Shown: positions 1-9,301, numbered from the stretch's first letter. The stretch: 64,000 bases of DNA from Dehalococcoidia bacterium (GCA_965249275.1 CBDFLQ010000005.1:195030-259029), one strand, 5' to 3'. The notes: generated by a model from the letters alone, not told the origin. Program-made: numbers and translations.

Positions 1-1
1 A

Positions 2-277
2 ACCGAGCATCGGAGCTGCAAGGAAAACGTTCTGGAAGCCCTGGCAACGCTCGATGTTCACCCCCCCGTAACCCCCGAGGTCTTCAACATCTTCCAGAAC
101 AGCAGCCCCGACGACGATGGCAACCTTTCCGTGAAGGAGCCCGTCTCCCGGGCCGGCGACTACGTAGTCCTGCTGGCCCTCGACGACCTGATCGTAGCCG
201 GTTCGGCCTGTCCCCAGGACCTCAACCCCTGCAACGGGTTCAACCCCAGCGACCTCACCCTGGAGGTGTACGACTAG
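2..277 (+). CDS. DUF1989 (urea-carboxylase-associated) family protein, C-terminal fragment; 5' end outside window
   Basis: Frame 2 is open from the window edge to TAG 275-277. The tail ...RAGDYVVLLALDDLIVAGSACPQDLNPCNGFNPSDLTLEVYD parallels the C-terminus of the complete paralog at 8690-9301 (...KAGDYVLLRVEMDCWVCVSACPQDQNATNSG...). Confidence 0.7.
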   Translation, partial: TEHRSCKENVLEALATLDVHPPVTPEVFNIFQNSSPDDDGNLSVKEPVSRAGDYVVLLALDDLIVAGSACPQDLNPCNGFNPSDLTLEVYD

Positions 278-293
278 GGGACGGGCATCGCCA

Positions 294-1295
294 ATGAAAG
301 CCATGTCCTTCAGCGCTCCCGCATTAGTGGAGCGTAGGCCCCTCCAATTGACGGAGTCCCTGGCCCCCGAGCCCGGCCCCGGTCAGGTACTCGTCCGGGT
401 CACGGCTTGTGGCGTCTGCCGCACCGACCTCCACATCATCGAAGGTGAGCTCCCGCCCAGAAAATCCCCCCTGGTTCCCGGTCACCAGGTAGTCGGGACC
501 GTGGAGAAGTTGGGCCCCGAAGTTGAAGGCTTCGAAATCGGAGCCCGAGTCGGCATCCCGTGGGTACATCGGACCTGCGGCTGCTGCGCCTTCTGCCAAC
601 GTGGCCGCGAGAACCTCTGCGAGTCCGCCCTCTTCAACGGCTACAGCGTGAACGGTGGCTACGCCGATTACATCCTGTCTGATGAGAGTTTCACATTCCC
701 CATCCCCGACGCCTTCCCCGACCTCCAGGCCACCCCCCTCCTCTGCGCCGGGGTCATCGGCTACCGCGCCCTCCGCCTCGCCGATGTCCCAACCAACGGC
801 AGGCTCGGCCTATACGGTTTCGGAGGTTCGGCCCACGTAGTCATACAGATCGCCGTCCACATGGGCCTCGAAGTCTATGTCTTCTCCCGCAGCGAGAAGC
901 ACGGTGCCTTGGCCCGAGACCTCGGCGCAGTGTGGGTCGGAAGCGCGAAGAAAGGCCCACCCCGAAAGCTCGACGCCTCAATCATCTTCGCCCCCGCCGG
1001 CGAGCTCATCCCCCTCGCCTTGGAACATCTCACAAAGGGCGGTGTCCTCTCCCTCGCCGGAATCTACATGACCCAAGTCCCGGCCCTAGACTACACCCGA
1101 CAGCTCTACGACGAAAAGGTCATTCGCAGCGTCGCCAACAGCACCCGCCAGGACGTGAAAGAGCTGCTAACCCTCGCCGCCGAGGTCCCCGTCCGCACCC
1201 GAGTCCAACCCTTCCCCCTGGAATCCGCCAACGACGCCCTAATAGACCTAAAACAAGGCCGCATCAACGGCGCCGCCGCCCTTACCCTCACCTAA
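294..1295 (+). CDS. zinc-dependent alcohol dehydrogenase (MDR superfamily)
   Basis: 333-aa ORF with catalytic-zinc region CGVCRTDLH...PGHQVVGTVEKLG, structural-zinc motif CGCCAFCQRGRENLC and nucleotide-binding GLYGFGGSAH. Confidence 0.9.
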   Translation: MKAMSFSAPALVERRPLQLTESLAPEPGPGQVLVRVTACGVCRTDLHIIEGELPPRKSPLVPGHQVVGTVEKLGPEVEGFEIGARVGIPWVHRTCGCCAFCQRGRENLCESALFNGYSVNGGYADYILSDESFTFPIPDAFPDLQATPLLCAGVIGYRALRLADVPTNGRLGLYGFGGSAHVVIQIAVHMGLEVYVFSRSEKHGALARDLGAVWVGSAKKGPPRKLDASIIFAPAGELIPLALEHLTKGGVLSLAGIYMTQVPALDYTRQLYDEKVIRSVANSTRQDVKELLTLAAEVPVRTRVQPFPLESANDALIDLKQGRINGAAALTLT

Positions 1296-1333
1296 CCCCT
1301 CCCCCTATCCGTGTCACCCTCTATTCTTCTACT

Positions 1334-1370
1334 GTCATCCCGAGGCTCCGCGAGGGATCTAGGACTTGCC
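1334..1370 (+). repeat. 37-bp dispersed REP-like repeat, copy 1
   Basis: GTCATCCCGAGGCTCCGCGAGGGATCTAGGACTTGCC, one mismatch to the copies at 7090, 9456 and 13226. Lies between convergent genes. Confidence 0.85.
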
Positions 1371-1417
1371 CTCTCACTTACCTACTTCATTCCACTTCCC
1401 TTCTCCCCTTAAACAAA

Positions 1418-1458
1418 GCGATATGGCTGATGCTGCTTAGCAGCATCAGCCATATCGC
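1418..1458 (-). terminator. intrinsic terminator hairpin downstream of the DinB-family gene
   Basis: Perfect 19-bp stem GCGATATGGCTGATGCTGC / GCAGCATCAGCCATATCGC with a 3-nt loop. On the minus strand it is followed by TTTGTTTAAG. Confidence 0.7.
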
Positions 1459-1520
1459 ATCAAACAGGGCGGGTGGGTGGGAACCTATTTTCCCGCCGTA
1501 GGGGCACTTTCTAAGCTAGT

Positions 1521-2042
1521 CTAGTAAAACCACCCCAACCCCTTGTGCAGCCCTCGCAGGTAGGCTATCTGCCCTCCGTGCACCATCGCCTCGTTCACAA
1601 TGACCTGAACGATGTTTGCCAACGGCACCGTACCATCGCCCATCATCGAAGGCACCTGCTTGTCCAGGTCCTCGGAACTCAGCGACGCCAGGTACTCCGC
1701 CACCTTCTTCTCCGTTTGCCCGAAGTACTCCTTCAGTGCATCCACTGACCCCACACCAAACGACTCCAGGTCCTCCGCCTTATGTCCGAAGCCCATACCC
1801 TTGGTTTCCTCGGAAATTCCGCACTTCTCCGCCCATCCATCGTTCCACAACTCCGCCGACCCGTCCAAAGACGATACTAACCCGTCCTCCGCCCGAGCCA
1901 GGTGCCACAGCAGCCAAACCATCGAGTTGCATTCCGAATTCGGCCTGGTCGCAACCTCCTCATCCGAAAGGCCGCCCAGGGCCTTTCTAATCATGCTCCG
2001 GTTCCCCTTCAGCAGATTCGTCAGCAGCTCATTGGCTTCCAT
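1521..2042 (-). CDS. DinB-family (DinB_2-like) protein
   Basis: 173-aa ORF. Helical-bundle pattern with WLLWHLARAED and C-terminal HGGQIAYLRG, typical of DinB/YfiT-like metal-dependent proteins. Confidence 0.6.
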   Translation of the reverse strand: MEANELLTNLLKGNRSMIRKALGGLSDEEVATRPNSECNSMVWLLWHLARAEDGLVSSLDGSAELWNDGWAEKCGISEETKGMGFGHKAEDLESFGVGSVDALKEYFGQTEKKVAEYLASLSSEDLDKQVPSMMGDGTVPLANIVQVIVNEAMVHGGQIAYLRGLHKGLGWFY

Positions 2043-2165
2043 ATCCCCTCCGAATTGTTGCTCTATCTAGACTTCTGTTGCGCTCCCCGCGGTCGAACCC
2101 CGATTTTAACATAGCCATCCCGTCCCCCGATCCGACTAACGAAGTACGGTTATCCATGCCTTGAC

Positions 2166-4280
2166 CTACCTCACAAAAACCGACAACCCTATAAGTTGCT
2201 CACTAAGGAAGCCCTCACCTGTGTCCCGCCAGACGGTTACCGTGTACACGCCGGGCTTTTGGATAAGCCCACTCACGTCTGCCGAGAAACTGAATCTTTC
2301 ATCGGTCTCACTCCAAGAATCTGCGACTACTTCATTGCCGTCTAGGTTTGAGTAGTGCCACCCCGGTTCAGGGGGTTCAAGTATACGTATGACCGGATCG
2401 CCACATCTCGTCGTCTGCCCTCCCCCGACACAATAGCTGTCCAGTCTCTCTATCTGTGCCACAGACATCCGCACAGGTGTGGGATCGTAGTAGATGCTCA
2501 CTACTTGCCCAATGTCGATTCCCCGCTCTCGTTTTACGAGTTCCAAGGAAAGAGTCCCATTCCGAGTAAGCGTGGGCCTCGACCGAACAGTTACTGCTCC
2601 TCCCTCGAAGTGCTGTACGAATGCCACTCTCTTCTTGTTCCAAAAGATGCCTATGTTGACTGCCCTGTGGCTCTCCCCAAGTATGTTATCCCGATGGCCC
2701 CAGTCCGCATGCGCATCGTCGTACATCATCGCCCACTGGTGATTAGTTATTGCTTCCTCTGGGTCTGATAAATTGCACCTCACCAACCACGAATCGCAAT
2801 TTTGAGTTTGCCATCTTTGGTCGGTCCACCCACTGAAGGCCGCATTCTCGCTCGCGTAGCTCGTGCCCCCGTTCTGTGTGTAGACCATATATGGCTTACG
2901 GCCATCCACCCACCAGTGGCCCAGATAACCATGTTCGACCATGTCTTGGGCATGGAGCTGGGCAGCAATGTTGGAGCCCAAAACTACAGTTGATAGTCCA
3001 TATTTGGCCCTGTCCTCGTTAATCAACTTCAAAGCATGCTCTCGCAAACACTCTATGTCGTTACTGCATGGCCGAGGCGTCGCAGTAGGCCGTGGTGTTG
3101 CCGTCGGAGCAGGAATAGTGGTGGGCCTTGGCGCAGGCGTGGGCACGGGTGTAGCGGTGGGAGTTGGGAGTGGAACAGGTGTAGAAGTGGGTATCGGGGT
3201 GGAGGTCGGTACCGGAGTTGAGGTCGGTATCGGCGTCGGCGAGGGCACCGGCGTCGGCGATGGCACAGGCGTGGGCACGACGCTGCACGACGGCAGTCCG
3301 AGGGTGTTCAGATCGTCGTCGTAGATAGCAGCCTGCAGTTCCTCCGATATGCACCCTGACAACGGGTTCCCCTCCACCAGCAGGCTGGTCAACCTGCCCA
3401 TGTTGAACAGGTTGATTGGCACTACACCATTCAAGTTGTTGTCGATCAGATACAGGAGGGTGACCCTGCCATCCGAGTCCGTATCCACCCCATACCACTC
3501 CCTAAGGGGCGCGTCGCTGAGCCAGTTGCGATTGTCCGTCCAGTTCGAACCATCGGTGGCTTCATACAGCCGGACGAGTGCCTCCCGGTCGGTGGCCGGG
3601 GATTGCACGTCGGGTGGGAGGGGGAAAGGCACCGGAGTTGGGGTGAGAACCGGGGTAGCAGTAGGGCCAAGGGTTGGCGTCGGGGGCAGGGCTGTTGGAG
3701 GAGCCGGCGTAGACGTTGGGGACGGGACCGCTTCTTCTCCCTCATCAACAAAGTACGGCAAGGCCAAGTAGACCCGGACAACCCCTCCGGCAATCAACAA
3801 GACCAGACAAGCAAGAATTAGGCATCGCCGTATTTGCTTACATCCCCGATGTTGACCTCTTCCAGCATCTGTCTTACGTCCTTGAGTTTCTTCGGCAGGA
3901 CGTCTATCTCCACCCCTCGAGGCTGATTCCCTAGCCCTCCGTTCCGCCCCGGCCTTTCGTGCGACTTCCCTTGCAACCCGAGCCTTCTCTACTGCGTCTT
4001 CCGCTTGACGTACAGTTTCCTTATCTCTCCGCTTACTCTGTGCTTCATGAGCAGCTTCCCTTGCTCTGCGGGCGGTTTCACTCTTTTCGCCTGACTTATA
4101 CTCCCCACCATGCCGTCTCACCGGTCCCGACAGGAACCCTTTCCCAAAACACCTGGGGCAGCGCACCCACCGTCCGCCGGGATCACGACTCGCGTACTGC
4201 CCATGCACTCTGCCATGACCACCGCACAGGTCGCACTCGTACAGAAAAATCTCGTGACCCTGGTCTCGGTGCTGGCCCAC
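2166..4280 (-). CDS. membrane-anchored multidomain protein: N-terminal CxxC zinc-ribbon, charged coiled region, TM helix, Pro/Thr linkers, LRR N-cap-like module, CAP/SCP (YkwD-like) domain
   Basis: 704-aa ORF with CDLCGGHG...CPRCFGKG, TM segment CLILACLVLLIAGGVV and PT-rich linkers. [37 protein letters not shown] is shared with the other LRR proteins here. LINEDRAKYGL...HAQDMVEHGYLGHWW is CAP/YkwD-like. Confidence 0.6.
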   Translation of the reverse strand: MGQHRDQGHEIFLYECDLCGGHGRVHGQYASRDPGGRWVRCPRCFGKGFLSGPVRRHGGEYKSGEKSETARRAREAAHEAQSKRRDKETVRQAEDAVEKARVAREVARKAGAERRARESASRGGDRRPAEETQGRKTDAGRGQHRGCKQIRRCLILACLVLLIAGGVVRVYLALPYFVDEGEEAVPSPTSTPAPPTALPPTPTLGPTATPVLTPTPVPFPLPPDVQSPATDREALVRLYEATDGSNWTDNRNWLSDAPLREWYGVDTDSDGRVTLLYLIDNNLNGVVPINLFNMGRLTSLLVEGNPLSGCISEELQAAIYDDDLNTLGLPSCSVVPTPVPSPTPVPSPTPIPTSTPVPTSTPIPTSTPVPLPTPTATPVPTPAPRPTTIPAPTATPRPTATPRPCSNDIECLREHALKLINEDRAKYGLSTVVLGSNIAAQLHAQDMVEHGYLGHWWVDGRKPYMVYTQNGGTSYASENAAFSGWTDQRWQTQNCDSWLVRCNLSDPEEAITNHQWAMMYDDAHADWGHRDNILGESHRAVNIGIFWNKKRVAFVQHFEGGAVTVRSRPTLTRNGTLSLELVKRERGIDIGQVVSIYYDPTPVRMSVAQIERLDSYCVGGGQTTRCGDPVIRILEPPEPGWHYSNLDGNEVVADSWSETDERFSFSADVSGLIQKPGVYTVTVWRDTGEGFLSEQLIGLSVFVR

Positions 4281-4407
4281 GTGCGACCTGCAGAGTAGCC
4301 TCCAGTCCGTTTGGCAGTAGCAATACGCCGGAAGCCCGCAGCGAGGAACACTGCAATAGAAGCCCTCGCTCTGTTGGAACGCATTGAAGCGACCTTATCC
4401 TAGAACA

Positions 4408-5538
4408 TTAAGCCCCGTTAATCGGCGGCCCCCCCTCCCCTTCTGACCCCGCCACCTCGCTCGGGTACACCAGCTTCCGTACCGGGTAGTTGATCTCGAT
4501 CCCTTCCTCCCTGAACCTCCGGTGCACTCCCCGGATGATCTGGTCCCTGAGTAAGTACTGATCCACGAACCCCTTCACCTTATAGATGATCGAGAAATCG
4601 ATGTTTGAATCTCCAAAGTTGCTGAACCTCACCGCCGGTGTATAGCTCATGTCCGCCCTGTCCGTCCGGCTTAACACGTCGTTGACAACCTCCAGGGCCA
4701 CGTCGTTTACGTGCTGCAGGTCGCTCTCGTAGCTTACCCCTCCCTTCACTATCGCAAAGACAGAAGGATCGGGCCCCTGGTAGTTCGTCACCAACGACTC
4801 CGATAGCTTCCCGTTCGGTATGATCATCATGTTGTTCCAGAACGTCCTTATCTTCGTCGTCCGCCACCCCACGTGCACCACCCACCCTGACGCTCCGCTC
4901 TCCATCTCGATGTAGTCTCCTACCCCGATCCCACTCTCCGTCACCGTATACGTACCCGCTACAAAGTTTGCCAGCGTCGGCTGAATCGCCAGGGCCACGG
5001 CCAACCCGCCGATGCCTAGTCCGGCAATCAGAGGACTCACGTTCAACCCCTGCGACTGCAGGACCAGCATCACCACGAGGCCATAGATCACCACGCTGGA
5101 CACCCGTTGGACCAGGGGCAGCACCCTGTCGTCCCAAGTGGCCGCCGTTTTCCCGGCAATCTCCTGGCCGTACCAGATGATCACCGCATCGATCACCCGC
5201 TTTATCAAGTAACCCACTACCAGGATCAGTGCGGAAAGCAGGCCTCTGTCTACCAGTTCCTGGTGCTCGTCCAGAAAAGTGGTGGCTGTCAAACCTATGT
5301 ACGGGCCGAAAACCAGCACGAACAGGAAGACCGGCCGGCCTATCGCGCTGACCAGGAGGTCGTCCAGAGACGTGCTCGTCCTGCCCGTCGCCTTCCTGAC
5401 TACCTTGCTGACAATGAAATACACCAGGAAGGCCGCCACTATAGCCACCCCGAAGTAGGCCGCTCCGAATGCGGCCTCCAACCCCGCCGACCCTACCGCA
5501 AATTCCGGAAGCAGGTATGTTGCCTCATTTTCGTTCAT
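4408..5538 (-). CDS. mechanosensitive ion channel family protein (MscS-like)
   Basis: 376-aa ORF with N-terminal TM helices and pore-helix region PLIAGLGIGGLAVALAIQPTLANFVAG, followed by a beta-domain. Confidence 0.85.
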   Translation of the reverse strand: MNENEATYLLPEFAVGSAGLEAAFGAAYFGVAIVAAFLVYFIVSKVVRKATGRTSTSLDDLLVSAIGRPVFLFVLVFGPYIGLTATTFLDEHQELVDRGLLSALILVVGYLIKRVIDAVIIWYGQEIAGKTAATWDDRVLPLVQRVSSVVIYGLVVMLVLQSQGLNVSPLIAGLGIGGLAVALAIQPTLANFVAGTYTVTESGIGVGDYIEMESGASGWVVHVGWRTTKIRTFWNNMMIIPNGKLSESLVTNYQGPDPSVFAIVKGGVSYESDLQHVNDVALEVVNDVLSRTDRADMSYTPAVRFSNFGDSNIDFSIIYKVKGFVDQYLLRDQIIRGVHRRFREEGIEINYPVRKLVYPSEVAGSEGEGGPPINGA

Positions 5539-5634
5539 AGCTTTTTATCCCGTTCATTGAGAGTCCTTGGCCACTTCAGGCCATTATACTTAGCCGCCCT
5601 ACTAAGGCGAAGGCCAAACCCCCTCTGGTCATCC

Positions 5635-5672
5635 CCCACCCCAGGGCGACCGGCCGGTCGCCCTGGGGTGGG
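5635..5672. repeat. 38-bp perfect palindrome in a divergent intergenic region
   Basis: CCCACCCCAGGGCGACCGG|CCGGTCGCCCTGGGGTGGG, two exact 19-nt arms. Preceded by GTCATCCC, the same 5' octamer as the REP-like repeat. Confidence 0.9.
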
Positions 5673-5754
5673 CCCCCTGTTTCGTTCTCAATACCGGAAC
5701 GTTAGAATAGGTGCCGCGCCTATAGAGCGCCGCCACAAGTAACCGGAGGTCTCC

Positions 5755-6273
5755 ATGCCCGAACCCACCCAAGATATGGGGCTCGTAACCACCTTCATCG
5801 CCGAGTCCATCGGCCAGCCCGGCAAACGTACTTTCCGGCTCCTCTTGGGTTCGGATGCGGGCACTGCCGTCATCTGGCTTGAAAAAGAGCAGCTCCTGGA
5901 GCTAAGCCTCCATCTCAAACGGACAGTCGGCATGCTCGACGAGACCGAGCAGCCCCCCACCCCCAGCCAAGAATACCCGGGCCCCGAGACCCCCGTCGTA
6001 GAGTTCAAGCTCGGCAAGCAAGCTATAGAGTTCGACGAAGAGCACTCTGTCTTCCGTTTCTGGAACTACGACGTAGAAGATGAGTCCAACGTAGCCTCCC
6101 TGGTCTTCGAAGCAACCATAGCGCAGGTCGAGCACTTCTCCGATGAAAGCCTCAAGGTCTGCTCCTCCGGTCGACCCATCTGCCAGCTCTGCCACCAACC
6201 CATCGATCCCGACGGCCACTTCTGCGCCCGCTCCAACGGCCATCCCATCAACGCGGTCGAGAGGTTGCAGTAA
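5755..6273 (+). CDS. DUF3090-family protein
   Basis: 172-aa ORF. FIAESIGQPGKRTFRLLL N-terminus and C-terminal Cys/His cluster CQLCHQPIDPDGHFCARSNGH. Immediately followed by an SCO1664-family gene, the usual partner. Confidence 0.7.
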   Translation: MPEPTQDMGLVTTFIAESIGQPGKRTFRLLLGSDAGTAVIWLEKEQLLELSLHLKRTVGMLDETEQPPTPSQEYPGPETPVVEFKLGKQAIEFDEEHSVFRFWNYDVEDESNVASLVFEATIAQVEHFSDESLKVCSSGRPICQLCHQPIDPDGHFCARSNGHPINAVERLQ

Positions 6274-6274
6274 C

Positions 6275-7045
6275 GTGGCACGGGAGGATGAGGGCACCGA
6301 GAGCCCGGCCCCGCCTAGCATCGACCCTAACCTCCACCCCGATATCTGCCGCGACCTAATCCGTTCCTCCGCAGTCAAATGCGATCAGATTCTCCGGGGT
6401 TCTAACTACACCTTCCTGGTCGAACTCACCCTTGACGGTAAGCCCTTCGAATACGGCGTCTACAAGCCCCAGCGCGGCGAAAATCCCCTCTGGGACTTCC
6501 CCATCGGCACCCTATACAAACGGGAGGTCGCCGCCTATGTTCTCAGCGAAGCCCTCGGCTGGCACTTCGTCCCTCCCACCGTCATATGGGATGGCCCTTA
6601 TGGTGAAGGCTCCCTGCAGCTCTTCATCCGCGACTCCCATACAACCCACTATTTCGAGCTTCGCGACACTCACCCTGAGCAGGTGAAGCCCATCGCAGTT
6701 TTCGATCTGATGGTCAACAACACCGATAGAAAAGGGGGCCACTGCATCAAGGACCCGGGTGGCAAGGTATGGGGCATCGACCACGGCCTGACTTTCAGCA
6801 TCGAGTCCAAGCTCCGCACCGTGATCTGGGACTTCGGCGGTGAGAAGATCGCGCAAGACACCCTCACCCCGATAGCCCGGGAACTGGCCCGCTTCTACAA
6901 CCCCGAGGGCCTTGCTACCATGCTCCACCCTCTCCTAGACTCCGACGAGATCGACAGCCTGGCCAGGAGAATGCAAGCCGTCCTCCAGGACCCCGTCTTC
7001 CCCATCCTCAGAAGCCGCTATGAAGTCCCCTGGCCCCTGGTCTAA
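6275..7045 (+). CDS. SCO1664-family protein (PI3/4-kinase-like fold)
   Basis: The track ORF 6143-7045 overlaps the upstream gene. An in-frame GTG at 6275 follows the upstream stop. Conserved GSNYTFLVEL...GVYKPQRGENPLWDFP...REVAAYVLSEALGW...NNTDRKGGH. Confidence 0.7.
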   Translation: MAREDEGTESPAPPSIDPNLHPDICRDLIRSSAVKCDQILRGSNYTFLVELTLDGKPFEYGVYKPQRGENPLWDFPIGTLYKREVAAYVLSEALGWHFVPPTVIWDGPYGEGSLQLFIRDSHTTHYFELRDTHPEQVKPIAVFDLMVNNTDRKGGHCIKDPGGKVWGIDHGLTFSIESKLRTVIWDFGGEKIAQDTLTPIARELARFYNPEGLATMLHPLLDSDEIDSLARRMQAVLQDPVFPILRSRYEVPWPLV

Positions 7046-7089
7046 ACCCCCCTCGCCCCGAGCCCGCCGAAGACCCCACCCTGCTCTGT

Positions 7090-7126
7090 GTCATCCCGAG
7101 GCCCCGCGAGGGATCTAGGACTTGCC
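7090..7126 (+). repeat. 37-bp dispersed REP-like repeat, copy 2
   Basis: GTCATCCCGAGGCCCCGCGAGGGATCTAGGACTTGCC, between convergent genes. Confidence 0.9.
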
Positions 7127-7175
7127 CACTCACTTACCTCCTACTCACGTCGTCCAACCCCCCGTGGTCACACCC

Positions 7176-8084
7176 CTAAGAACTTCCCCCAAAAACCCCC
7201 TTCACCTTATCCACAAGCGTCTCGTGTCTCGCGTACCGCGCCAGGTACCGCACCATCTCCTCACTGCCCACCATTATCGGCGAGTGCCAGTCCCTTAGGC
7301 GCGCGCCACCGCCCTTCCCCTCCCCCGACGCATTGCCAAACCTGCAAAACTCATGCCACTGCTTCTTTGCCCTGTCGTACGTCAGCACCGAGCCTGCCGC
7401 CTCTTTCGCCAACGCTATGCCCGCCGCCACGTCCCAGATCCGAGGTGCTGTGAACACCGAGTATTGGAAAACTCCGCTCGATGTCAGGGCCATTTCGTAA
7501 GCCAGGCTCCCGGGCCCACGCGCCTCGCCAATGGGCGCACTAGCGCCCGCATTCTTGCCGTACAACAGCCTGAAGTCTCGATGAAAAATAGCCAGTTGAC
7601 CGGGCTGTGGCACCGAGTTCGATCGCACGGTAATCGGCGTCTCGTCCATAAATGCCCCACCACCCTTGCAGGCGTGGAACAGCGCTCCTTCGGCCTTCGC
7701 CGGCCAGGGCGTCCATATGCACCCTACCTCGGGCACACCTCTGTTCAATACCCCTATCGAGACCGCGTATATAGGCAGGCCGTTAATGTAGTTGAGCGTG
7801 CCGTCCAGCGGGTCCAGAACCCAAAGGAAGTCGGAATCCTCGGGCTTCTCGTCCGTCCCCTCTTCACCCACTATCCCGTGGCCCGGGTATCGACGCCTGA
7901 TCTCTCCCTTCAGGTAAGCTTCGCTCTCCTTGTCCGCCTCCGAGACCAGGTCCGACTTGCTTCCCCCCTTCCCATGCACACCTCCCACGTGGCCAAAGTG
8001 CGACTCCAGTATCCTGGCCGCCCCTTTCGCCATCTCGATGGCCGAGTCTTTGATATCTGCCAGCGAGATGGCTTCTTGTCCCAT
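7176..8084 (-). CDS. inositol monophosphatase family protein
   Basis: 302-aa ORF with IMPase motifs LVSEADKESE and WVLDPLDGTLNYINGLP. Confidence 0.85.
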   Translation of the reverse strand: MGQEAISLADIKDSAIEMAKGAARILESHFGHVGGVHGKGGSKSDLVSEADKESEAYLKGEIRRRYPGHGIVGEEGTDEKPEDSDFLWVLDPLDGTLNYINGLPIYAVSIGVLNRGVPEVGCIWTPWPAKAEGALFHACKGGGAFMDETPITVRSNSVPQPGQLAIFHRDFRLLYGKNAGASAPIGEARGPGSLAYEMALTSSGVFQYSVFTAPRIWDVAAGIALAKEAAGSVLTYDRAKKQWHEFCRFGNASGEGKGGGARLRDWHSPIMVGSEEMVRYLARYARHETLVDKVKGVFGGSS

Positions 8085-8100
8085 TCCTTTTTCTACGCTC

Positions 8101-8583
8101 CTACAGCCCGGTATCCGAGTCCAGCAAAACGTCCCGAAGCAGCTCTACTGCAGCCGCCGACGCCATCTCCCGGTTTTCAGCCCGATCGCCGGAAAACCGC
8201 CGTTCTACACACACGTCTATCTCATTCCCCACAACCGCTACGAAGAATAGCCCGACCGGCTTGGCCCTTGTACCGCCCGTCGGGCCCATCACCCCCGTCG
8301 CCGAGACCGCCAGGTCAGACCCTATTAGCCGTCGGGCCCCTTTGGCCATTTCCCGCGCCGTCACCTCCGAAACCGACCCCTCACGAATCATTACTTCTTT
8401 GGGAATGCCCAGCACATTCTCCTTTATATCGTTGGCATACGCCAAAACTCCCCCAACAAAGAACCTCGAGCTCCCCGGCACGCTGGTCAGCTTGGCCGCT
8501 ATCAACCCCGAGGTACATGCCTCCGCCACGGACACCGTAAGCCCTCGCTCCTTCAGAATTCCTGCAACTTCCTCTTCGATCAA
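8101..8583 (-). CDS. CinA C-terminal domain / nicotinamide-nucleotide amidohydrolase (PncC-like)
   Basis: 160-aa ORF with AEACTSGLIAAKLTSVPGSSRFFVGGVLAYAN, matching the ESCTGG...GG.V.Y.N pattern of CinA-C. Confidence 0.8.
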   Translation of the reverse strand: MIEEEVAGILKERGLTVSVAEACTSGLIAAKLTSVPGSSRFFVGGVLAYANDIKENVLGIPKEVMIREGSVSEVTAREMAKGARRLIGSDLAVSATGVMGPTGGTRAKPVGLFFVAVVGNEIDVCVERRFSGDRAENREMASAAAVELLRDVLLDSDTGL

Positions 8584-8689
8584 ATCTCCCCCTTCAATGC
8601 CCGTTTTTTATTACCTCCCCAATTATAGCCCCCAAACCTCCTCCTTCCCCTTTCCGGCACCCCGTCCCGGAGCCGTAATCGATCCCCAC

Positions 8690-9301
8690 CTAAGACCCCA
8701 CCTCCACACTGATATCCGTAGGCGTGCCGCTATTCGTCGCATTCTGGTCCTGCGGACACGCCGACACGCACACCCAGCAGTCCATCTCCACCCTGAGCAG
8801 CACGTAGTCCCCTGCCTTAGTCTCCGGCGCCGCTATGTCCATCCTACCGTCTATAAACACGCGAAAGTTGGTGAACAGGTTAACCGGCTGCGGTATCTCC
8901 ACCCCTGGCACCCCGATGGCCTCCATACACTTCCGAAGGTTCTCCTCACAGCTGGCATGCCACCCCTCCACCCCCAATTCCCGGTACCTGCTGGGATTGC
9001 ACGACGCGTACAGCAAGTCGTGAATTCCGGGGCTATGGTCCTCGACAAGCGTGAGGATAGGTCGGCGCTCCTGGGTATAGAACGCCTCTTCCTCCTTCGG
9101 AAACAGCCTGGAAATGGAGGGCCTCGTATGTTCGGCGCTCAGGTACTCTTTCACGTTCTCCACGTTGAAGGCAAACAGGTCCACGGCCTGCCCGCCATGC
9201 AGATCTATCACCTTAACCAGCTCACCCTTACTTGCCCGAAACGCCTTCCCTTCCCGAGCCGGTACATGGTAATCCAATCGTTTCTGCCTTAGCTCCGTCA
9301 T
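8690..9301 (-). CDS. DUF1989 (urea-carboxylase-associated) family protein
   Basis: Start moved to the ATG at 9301, which is preceded by GGAGGTG. YHVPAREGKAFRASKGELVKVIDLHGGQAVD and C-terminal ACPQD, as in the fragment at 2-277. Confidence 0.75.
   Translation of the reverse strand: MTELRQKRLDYHVPAREGKAFRASKGELVKVIDLHGGQAVDLFAFNVENVKEYLSAEHTRPSISRLFPKEEEAFYTQERRPILTLVEDHSPGIHDLLYASCNPSRYRELGVEGWHASCEENLRKCMEAIGVPGVEIPQPVNLFTNFRVFIDGRMDIAAPETKAGDYVLLRVEMDCWVCVSACPQDQNATNSGTPTDISVEVGS

Noticed and set aside
6143-6274. N-terminal extension of the SCO1664-family ORF overlapping the DUF3090 gene by 131 nt
   Set aside because: The extension is Ala/Pro/Ser-rich and lies in the alternative frame of a conserved gene. 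A GTG immediately after the upstream stop gives a conventional arrangement.
7353-9292. Long plus-strand ORFs (7353-8540, 395 aa; 8261-9292, 343 aa)
   Set aside because: Both are antisense to the IMPase, CinA and DUF1989 genes, which have clear family motifs. Both are Pro/Arg/Ser-rich with no recognisable domains.
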